Below are positions 20,059 through 28,518 of a stretch of DNA of 28,518 bases, piece after piece. Below the pieces are notes generated by a model. It searched no databases. It was given only the letters and a program-made list of their open reading frames with translations, and was not told where the DNA came from. The translations under genes were made by a program, and so were the position numbers. Numbering within the stretch: the first letter of the stretch is position 1; each line of letters starts with the position of its first letter. This DNA comes from Octopus sinensis (lineage: Eukaryota): NCBI RefSeq assembly GCF_006345805.1, contig NW_021833522.1, positions 1-28,518 on the forward strand, given 5' to 3'.

Positions 20059-20165
20059 ATTCGCTGGATTCTTCCAAGAAATCTAATGCTCTGAGCTTAT
20101 TTTCTCCTTGGGGCTGGCCAGATTGGAGCAATCTCGAGTATAACCAGCCAAAATTGCAAAGATAA
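20059..20165 (+). CDS. Candidate terminal coding exon of the host gene, phase 1: (x)SLDSSKKSNALSLFSPWGWPDWSNLEYNQPKLQR*
   Basis: Strong acceptor TCTCTCTGTTTTTTTCCGTCCTTGTTTTTGTATAG|AT. Phase 1 gives the longest open reading (phases 0 and 2 stop within 12 codons) and matches the phase of exon 339-434. TAA at 20163-20165. Confidence 0.55.
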
Positions 20166-20332
20166 TCTGGAACTCGACTGAGGATAGAACTCTCCGAATG
20201 ATCCATCTTTGTTTTCCGTGTATCGTCTGTCTGGATATTTTGCTTTACCTGTCTGGATGTTTTGCGTTCTTGTCCCATTTTTGCATTTTTTTAATATATA
20301 AAATATAGCAGCGTACGTACACTTTGGTCACT

Positions 20333-20434
<102 letters not shown>

Positions 20435-20590
20435 AGAGATAGATAAACCGACACACAAATACATATATATATATATGTATGTATATAAAGTCAAAATAAG
20501 GGTGAAAAAATTGAATATTAATTAATAACATCAATTTAAACACCAAGTGGCCTAGCGTATAAAAGACTGGGATTCAGTAAATATTATTAA

Positions 20591-21085
20591 TACAAAACAA
20601 TAAGAGAGGATCCACTATGTGGACGCTGTAATGCTATATATAGATCCGCAAAGGGAATCTACCACCAAGGAAATGTTCTCAAGAATTAATTCAACGCACC
20701 ATGAACGTAAGCGAGCGGGACAAATGAAAAATAACGAAAAAATAGGTTAACTCTATACAATTGTTTCATCGTTAATAAATTATGTAATTTTACTTACATA
20801 AGTATTTTCGAATCGTCAGTAGAGTACATCAAAATATAATTTGTCGAACTGCACGGCAAAATCCACACGAGGTTGGACAGAGGCGAAACAGTACGGCCGA
20901 TTATATTCACAGTTACATTCAAATGCCCTCGTTCTGGCGCGCTAAATCACCGGATATAAATACTGCATAAGTAATTTACTGCCGGTTTGAAAACATATTA
21001 ATTTATAATTGGTGGTAGATTCCCTTTGCGGATCTATATCTAGCGTTAGAGCGTCCACATAGTGGATCTTCTCTTATTGTTATGT
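20591..21085. mobile_element. MITE with ~75-bp terminal inverted repeats
   Basis: 20596-20668 and 21009-21081 are reverse complements with about 5 differences (AACAATAAGAGAGGATCCACTATGTGGACGCT...GGGAATCTACCACCAA). Possible TA duplication. No ORF inside. Confidence 0.8.
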
Positions 21086-21175
21086 ATGTATATACATATT
21101 TGTCTATGGCTATTTATACATATATAAATACATACATAAATGTATACATATATGTTATATGTGTGTGCACCTGAA

Positions 21176-21380
21176 ATGTAGCGAGCTTATAATATCGTTA
21201 GCACGTCGTATAAAATGCATGGTGAGATGTCTTTCGAGTCATTACGGACTGCATTCAAATTTAATCGAGATAAATTTGCGTCGATAAAATAAGTACCAGC
21301 TGAGCACTGGCTTGGAGGTAAGTGACTAAACACTTCTAATCCAAACCTTCATTCCTGGTGCCAAAATTAGAAAGAATATT
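21176..21380 (+). mobile_element. Old SINE family A copy with central deletion
   Basis: GCGAGCTT...CGTTAGCACG head, GTCGATAAAATAAGTACCAG domain, GTGCCAAAATTAGAAAG tail. Confidence 0.65.
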
Positions 21381-22794
21381 TATGTATCTATGTGTGTGTT
21401 TGTATGTGAGAGTATGTATGTAATCCAAAGGTACCCAGGTTTATTAATATCACGCATAAATATACCATGATTTCCCATTCTTTCAATAGATTACTTTAAA
21501 TAGATGCAGGCAGTCATCACTTGGACCGAGAATGTCTTTTCACTCAGAATTGTTGCATGCGAACCATGTAGAAATTAGATTGTATCTGAACATGATAAGA
21601 TGCTGAAAATACACGCCTCTCCATAAAAAAATAAAAATAAAAATAAATAAAATAAAATAAAATGAAATAAAATAAAAATAAAAAAGCAAAGAAAATTCCT
21701 AAATACAAAAAATCGAAAATGAAATTTCATTATAGCATTAAAAAAATAATTCCTAAGAAATCATACTTTTTGCTGGTGGGCGGTATATACTGTTCTAATT
21801 TACATAATTACGCGAAATGAATTTATTTTTTCTGATTAGTAAATTTTTCCCCCGATATCAGTTGCTCTGTTTCGGTGGGTTTGTGATAAATATTCTTTTA
21901 TATTTTTTCTGTCAAAAAGTATAAAGAACAACTTTCTGAAATAGTCACGTACATTTGTGACAAACTCCTTTAAAAGGATTTTGTTTTCCAACTACATGGT
22001 TTTAGGTTCGATCCCACTGTTGAGACAGCCGTCACATACTATTTCGCTAGCAACAAGGGGAGTACAGGATGGCAGTCAGCCAAAACCATCGCTATGCTGT
22101 CTCTCTTCTTTCCTCTCTCTGTGGGGTCAATAATCTTAATCTTTAGTTACAGTTTCTCATTAAACTACATAATAAGCAGAATTATCGGATTAAGACAGTA
22201 GGGTGTTTTGAAGGAGATTTCGCTGCTATTTCTACCAGATCTAGCTACCATGTAGAGGTCTCCCTTATTGGCTTATACATACATAATACATACATACATG
22301 CATACATACATATACATATATATAATATAAATACAACACTTAAAACAACAGGTGTCAAATACAAAAGCCACGGTCCATGCAGTGTCATGGGCCAAAATTA
22401 TTTCCAGCTTCTTGTTTAATGCGAGCCCAGAGCAATCTGTTATCTCTTACACTATTTTAGTATTACGTCTGTATTGTAATTTGAGATAGTGTCCTATATA
22501 TTATATATTCCTTATGCTTTCCAAAACCGAGTTACAGATTTTGACGTATGGGGTATCAAAACATTCAATACTATTTTGGTTACAAATTAAACTTAATTTC
22601 CATTCATATATTTGCATTTCAAAAATTTAACATAATCTCTTCCATAAATCAACTGTCGCAAAAATTCGATACGATGACGTCACATTTTCTATATGTGTGT
22701 GTACATTAAAATACATCAGTCATCACGATACGCACCTTCACTCACTCTATCTCTCTTTCTCACCCTCTTTCTCTCTCACATACACACGTGCAAG

Positions 22795-22848
<54 letters not shown>

Positions 22849-22929
22849 CATTTCATATAGATGTACATACATCTTTCACTTTATTTCTCTGTTCTTTTCG
22901 CTTTCACTTCTTTCAATTTCTGCTCTCTT

Positions 22930-23954
22930 GAAATAAAATTTTTACGGATACAACTGCTTACAAAAATAGGGATTAATGTATAATTTCTTTCTATGTTCAT
23001 AACTTTTTTTGCTTACAATATTGGAAAAAATATGCCACCAAAGAAAAGACGTAATCCCTCCAGAAACAGATATAAAGCAAGGAGGATTGTAGAAAAACCG
23101 AAGGCAAGAGTCTGAAGAGAGAAACTAGATGAGATTTTCTCAACATCAGCAAATGCAGGTTGCAGCACTTAATGCTGGATCAGTAAATCAATGTTTAAAT
23201 GATTAGACAGAGGTCCACTAGAATAGCTCTCAGAAACAGACCACGTACAAATTCGTTCTTCACAACCACTGAAGCTATCTTCAGTTATGATTCATCCCAT
23301 TCTTATAAATAAAATAACTCTGTCCAAATTGGTATGCTAAATACAAATTGTCTTTTCTGTAGATATTTAAAATTTTCAAATGAAACAGATGGTATGTGCT
23401 GCTCGGGCGGTCAGGTAACATTGCCAGCACTATTAGCTCCTTCTCAACTTCTTATGGATCTTCTAGAAGGCATTTTCATTCAGTCAAAGGATTTTCTGAA
23501 CAATATCAACGATACAACTCTGCAAATGACATTGTTTGGTGCATCTAAGAAGATAGATAAACATGAATTTACGAGACGTCAAAGTTCAAGGGCAAGCCTA
23601 TCACCTCATTGGTTCCCTGTTACCCCCAAAAGGAACAACCACAGTTCCTCCAAATGTACATTATGAGTGATGTATGACAACAAACCCGAAGGAGGTGTGA
23701 ACATTTCAGATAATGGGTCGTGTTAGACACAGCGCCGACTGCTGCAAAAAATACATAACCCCCACTAGTTAGGGCCTGAAATACTCCAAACAGACGCATA
23801 GGATGTTGCTTAGTCGAATTAGCCTATCATTTACTCTATAAATGTTTTTCTGTCAGTGCTGCACTTTCCCATATCACCTGTTTCAACATAACTCTATTAT
23901 ATTATATACAAAGTATGCCATTTTAATCCCGAGTAACGCCGGGTGTCTCTGCTA

Positions 23955-23955
<1 letters not shown>
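22930..23955 (+). mobile_element. Internally deleted Helitron (5' end not resolved)
   Basis: ATG at 23032 (MPPKKRR...). Degenerate RepHel N-terminal motifs: IGMLNTNCLFCRYLKF..E..GMCCSGGQVTLP..P..L..LL.G..S.DFL.NI, LQMTLFGA, VQGQAYHLIGSLLP, FLQMY. 3' hairpin CCCGAGTAACGCCGGG (23928-23943) followed by CTAG (23952-23955) and T. Confidence 0.88.
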
Positions 23956-24002
<47 letters not shown>

Positions 24003-24189
24003 GGATCAGTTGAATAAGGTACTTAAGTTGAGGCACCAAGTCAGTCCGGTATAATCTGCACAGCTAGAAGTAAGGTGAATATAAAGCAAATAAGTTATGG
24101 GAACGCACATACAGGACAAGTTTCTATTCAACGATACGGTGATCGCTGCACTTCCTCTATTGTCGAAAACCCGGTGCCCTTAGGACCAG

Positions 24190-24410
24190 CGCGTGTGTGT
24201 GTCCGTGTCTTTGTTGCTGTGTCCCCCACGCCACTACCGCTTGATAACCGGTGTCAGTTTGTTTACTGTATCATAACGGTCCAGCATAACAGAATCATAA
24301 ATTAAGTAGCAGGCTTAAAACTGGGGTACCGATTCATTCTACTAAAACCCTCTAAGGCTGTGCCCCAGTGGCCGCAGTCCAAAGACTCAAACAAGTAAGA
24401 GATTAAAGAC
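24190..24410 (+). mobile_element. Diverged SINE family B 3' half
   Basis: TGTGTCCCCC...CGCTTGATAACCGGTGT and GGCTGTGCCCCAGTGGCCGCAGTCCAAAGACTCAAACAAGTAA. Confidence 0.65.
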
Positions 24411-25134
24411 AACAGACATGTAGACTTTCAGCTGTCGATGTTCAATCAAAATATCGGTCTACATTTTAGAACATACATACTTATCTATATTGAAATGCCG
24501 AAACCAAAATACTAAATACAGAAGCAATATTCCAAATCTTATGATTACAGTAACTCAACTAAGCAGATGCAGGCCAGAGAGAATTTTCTTTATAGATCCA
24601 GACTTAAAATATGACAAATAGATATACTTCTCGATGTTATACTAATTCATATTCATTGCTAGCTAAAACCAAGTGATTTCTAATAACTTTCATAATTAGC
24701 CCACTTATTAGATAAATACTATTATAAGCCGACAGTTTCCTTTGTGGAAGTAAACTCGTCGTCGACAATGATGTTACATATATTAACTTAGTTCAAGTAA
24801 CTGGTTATATTTCTGATATTATTAAATAGCGTTGTAGCTAATAATTCTCGAATTATGCTATTCGACAAATAAGCAATTACATGTGTTTCACCGCTTGTAA
24901 GTTTACAATACCCTGGCGTTTTTCTATTATATTATCTGTAAAATAACCAACCGTCCTACCCTGATCAATCAAATTTCTAAACATAAACTATGGTTCTTTC
25001 TACTTTGCCTGTAAACACCCGACATAATATTTTTTTTAAAAATACATGAATGAGTCTTTAATGAAACTTTCCTAAACACTATGGGGTTTTCTTTAACGCT
25101 TTAAACCGTAGCGTTTTATATTTAGGCGCGCGCG

Positions 25135-25433
25135 TGTAGTAAAAGGTTAACTTCCCAATGATGTGGTTCTGGATGCAGTTCCATTTGAGCGGCACCTTGG
25201 GTAAGTGACTTCCACTAAAACTTCGAGCCGAGCAAATCCTTACAAGTGGATTTGGTCGACGGAAATTAATATACATACATACTTAGCGGTTACTCAGCGG
25301 TTCGGCAAAAGAGACCGATAGAATAAGTACTGGGCTTACAAAGAATAAGTCCCGGGATCGATTTGCTCGACTAAAGGCGGTGCTTCAGCATGGCCGCAGT
25401 CAAATGACTGAAACAAGTAAAAGAGTAAAAGAG
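25135..25433 (+). mobile_element. SINE family B composite: diverged head (~25135-25270) plus near-consensus 3' half (~25281-25433)
   Basis: GGCACCTTGGGTAAG core; the 3' half is almost identical to the copy at 28335-28480. Confidence 0.8.
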
Positions 25434-25443
25434 TATACTAATA

Positions 25444-25474
<31 letters not shown>

Positions 25475-25544
25475 TTCTCTGTATATCTGCATATATTCTA
25501 CAGGTGAAACCGTTCATGCAGACAGGTTTTTGCTCTAATCGTTC

Positions 25545-25700
25545 CCCCCCTCTCACCATTGCTTTCTTTCCTCATTCCTTACTAGGATCGAAACGTCGAA
25601 GACTTTTCCATTTTCCTTGGGTGTCAAATCCTTGTTTGTTGTTCTCTCACCTATCTCTGTATTCTATTTGTTTTTTATATAATGTCCTGGGACTGTCACA
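25545..25700 (+). mobile_element. Degenerate Penelope-like pLTR fragment
   Basis: TCGAAACGTCGAAGACTTT motif (GAAACGTC at 25590-25597) followed by a T-rich segment similar to 27790-27880, ending at (TA)n. Confidence 0.4.
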
Positions 25701-25716
25701 TTCATATATATATATA

Positions 25717-25805
25717 TATATTAATTACTGGTGAAGCCCGGTTTATGGCGAGAAACCCAGGGTAAAAAAACCCCTATAAACCGGCCTTCACCAGTGATTA
25801 ATATA
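25717..25805. repeat. Short hairpin or mini-MITE (27-30-bp arms, 29-nt loop)
   Basis: ATTAATTACTGGTGAAGCCCGGTTTAT (25720-25746) vs ATAAACCGGCCTTCACCAGTGATTAAT (25776-25802): one G-U pair and one C-C mismatch. Confidence 0.85.
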
Positions 25806-25842
25806 GATTGCTTCTCCGAATTTATAGTTTTCTAAAAAATGA

Positions 25843-25905
<63 letters not shown>

Positions 25906-26129
25906 CACATATATATATACCCTCAACATAAATGTCGTCCAATGGCTGAAGGAAGTAAACAATGGAAGTTTATTGGTGATTTATCAGCTACGTACGTTTC
26001 ACATAGAGTAGCATACCTGAAAATGCTGCAAGGCAACACTTACGCACAGCTTAATCGATCCCATATTTGATCAGTTAAAATTCTACACATCCACAGAGAG
26101 AGAGGGGGGTAGGGGTGTTCGGGTATGTT

Positions 26130-26650
26130 GCGCCTTTGTGTCTGTCTTTGTTCTCCAAGCACTGCTTGATAACTGGGGTCGTTTCATTCACCTGAAATAC
26201 GTCAAGGCGGTGCTTCAGAATAGCTGCTGTCTAATTACTAAAACAAGTACGAGAATAAAAAGTGTGTGCAGGAGTGGCTGTATGGTAAGAAGCTTGATTC
26301 CCAACTACATGGTTCCGAGTTCAGTCCCACTGCGTGGCACCTTGGGCAAGAGTCTTCTACTATAACCTCGGGCCGACCAGCGCCTTGTGAGTGGATTTGA
26401 TAGGCGGAAACTGAAAGAAACCTCTCGTGTAGATATATATATATGTCTGTGTGTCCCCCACCATCGCTTGACAAATGATGTTGGTGTGTTTACGTTCTCG
26501 TAACTTCGCGGTTCTGCAAAAGTGACCGATAGAATAAGTACTGGATTTACAAAGAATAACTCGTAGGGCCGATTTCTTCGACTCAAAGGCGGTGCTCCAG
26601 TATGGTCGCAGTCACATGATTGAAACAAGCAAAAGAACATAAAAGTAAGA
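26130..26650 (+). mobile_element. SINE family B: 3' fragment (~26130-26260) followed by a full-length copy (~26268-26650)
   Basis: GGAGTGGCTGTATGGTAAGAAG A-box region, GAGTTCAGTCCC B-box, GGCACCTTGGGCAAG core, AAAGGCGGTGCTCCAG tail. Confidence 0.88.
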
Positions 26651-27040
26651 GAAATATATGTTCACATATGCACACACACACACTTGCATACCAGTACCGT
26701 AAATTGCAAAGATAAGAATTAATTAGCTAGCTAGGTTTACCATTACATACACAAATTCTTGCTCACTTAGCGCTGGTATTAGATTCTATCCAGGTAATAA
26801 TAACAAATTACAGGATAACAAAAAAAATCAATTTATAGTGCAATTAATAGGTCTTCGTCAGGTTTTAAATGTTAGATCGTTTTGTATACATCACATAATA
26901 TTTTCTCTAATATGATAACAGAATGTAAAATAAAAGGATTATTTATTAAGATATCATTAACATAAGCTTGAAAGCATTATGAAATAATACAATCGTAGAA
27001 ATCAATATTCAGCCTGTGTGGACACATCGGTGTAAGGTGT

Positions 27041-27399
27041 GGAGGCGCAATGGCTCAGTGGTTAGGGCAGTGACCTCGCGGTCGTAGGATCGTGGTTCCG
27101 ACTCCCACATCGGGCACTGTGAGTGTTTATTGAGCGAAAACACCTAAAGCTCCACGAGGCTCCGGCAACGGGTGGTGGCGAACCCTGATGTACTCTTTCA
27201 CCACAACTTTCTCTCACTCTTTCTTCTTGTTTTTGTCACTCTCTGTGTCACCCTGAATCTCCCCGAGAACGACGTTAAGGGTACACGTGTCTGTGGAGTG
27301 CTCAGCCTCTTGCACGTTAATTTCACGAGCAGGCTGTTCTGTTGATCGGATCAACTGGAACCCTCGTCGTCGTAACCGACGGAGTGCCGCGACGACGAC
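27041..27399 (+). mobile_element. SINE family C, tRNA-derived, full length
   Basis: GGAGGCGCAATGGCTCAGTGGTTAGGGCAG (A-box) and GGTTCCGACTCCC (B-box); 3' hairpin CGTCG/CGACG then GAGTGCC. Probably one of the tRNA-derived octopus families described by Ohshima and Okada; the exact family is not assigned. Confidence 0.8.
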
Positions 27400-27699
27400 T
27401 GTAACGTACTTAATTACTTAACGTAGCTATCTTGTTAGGAAGCTCGCTTTTTGTGTGTCTGTGTTTGTCCCCCCAACATCGCTTGACAACTGATACTGGT
27501 ATGTTTACGTCCTGTATATATATATATATATATAGCATATATATAAATGCCCTTTATATGTAGATATATATATAGATATATATATATATATATATAATAT
27601 TATATAGATATATATATATATTATACCGATTATATATATATCGATATATAATATATATATGGAGGTATATATTATATATATATGTATACATAGTTATAC

Positions 27700-27885
27700 G
27701 CCATGTTTGATCGTTAGCCACCTACACGCAATTTTTTTATCTCCTTGTTTCTTTTGTGTGTATCTTTCTGTCGAGAGCGTAGGCTAGAAACGTAAATGAC
27801 TTGTTTTATTTCATTCTCTAATACATTGTTTGTTTGTACTCCACCTGCCTTCGTCTTTTGTGTATTTTCGAAACCTTCTGTTATA
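27700..27885 (+). mobile_element. Penelope-like pLTR fragment with degenerate hammerhead-like motif
   Basis: CTTT-CTGTCGA-GAGCGTAGGCTA-GAAA-CGTA-AA at 27764-27796, embedded between (TA)n tracts. Confidence 0.5.
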
Positions 27886-27980
27886 TATATATTATATATA
27901 TATCGGTACTTCGGTTACCATTTATTTACTTTGATATATATATATATATTATATATATGATTTGATTTATAGTTTATATA

Positions 27981-28006
27981 AGCTGTGGCCATGCTGGGGC
28001 ACCGCC
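27981..28006 (-). mobile_element. Isolated 3'-terminal motif of the CR1/L2-like LINE or SINE family B
   Basis: Reverse complement is GGCGGTGCCCCAGCATGGCCACAGCT. Confidence 0.55.
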
Positions 28007-28011
28007 ATATA

Positions 28012-28057
<46 letters not shown>

Positions 28058-28096
28058 CATACATACATACAAGCATATATACATGCATGCATATAT

Positions 28097-28138
<42 letters not shown>

Positions 28139-28165
28139 TAATACATGCATATATATATATATATA

Positions 28166-28200
<35 letters not shown>

Positions 28201-28269
28201 CACGGAACGTAAACATATATATATGAATATATGTTATATATATATATATATATGTATGTGTGAGTATAT

Positions 28270-28490
28270 GTTTGTGTCCTTGTTTGTCCCCCCAACATCG
28301 CTTGACAACCGATAGTGGTGTGTTTACGTCCCCGTCACTTAGCGGTTCGGCAAAAGAGTACCGATAGATAGTATAAGTAGTAGGCTTCCAAGGAATAAGT
28401 CCTGGGTCGATTTGCTCGACTAAAAGGCGGTGCTCCACCATGGCCGCAGTCAAATGACTGAAACAAGTAAAAGAGTAAAATAGTAAAGAG
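28270..28490 (+). mobile_element. SINE family B 3' half downstream of an expanded (TA)n field
   Basis: TGTTTGTCCCCCCAACATCGCTTGACAACCG...GGCGGTGCTCCACCATGGCCGCAGTCAAATGACTGAAACAAGTAAAAGAG. Confidence 0.88.
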
Positions 28491-28518
28491 CAATACGCAC
28501 ACACACACATAGACCTAT

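Noticed and set aside
22349-22660. Possible hAT MITE starting CAGGTGTCAAATAC
   Set aside because: No matching right terminal repeat or 8-bp duplication found.
27041-27115. Possible tRNA gene
   Set aside because: A- and B-boxes are present, but a full cloverleaf does not form and the sequence continues into a SINE body and tail.

Overview
AT-rich, microsatellite-dense animal genomic DNA, most likely from an octopus or other coleoid cephalopod. This is inferred from SINE families I recognise from memory, not from a database search. There are no prokaryote-style features, and nearly all entries in the ORF track are microsatellite artefacts or transposon fragments. The window appears to be mostly intron of a plus-strand host gene that I cannot name. 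Three in-frame, phase-1 exon candidates are visible: 339-434 (alternative acceptor at 321), a 30-nt microexon at 8786-8815, and a terminal coding exon at 20059-20165. The intronic space is filled with mobile elements: at least three tRNA-derived SINE families (called A, B and C here), a cluster of R4/Dong-type non-LTR retrotransposons stacked in (TAA)n arrays (9436-14651), RTE, CR1/L2-like and possible L1/Tx1-like LINE fragments, an internally deleted Helitron, and several MITE or foldback elements. The most striking item is a small Penelope/retrozyme-like element (1388-1975). It carries a minimal hammerhead ribozyme, and its 45-bp inverted arm ends exactly at the predicted self-cleavage site. 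All alignments and coordinates were done by hand.
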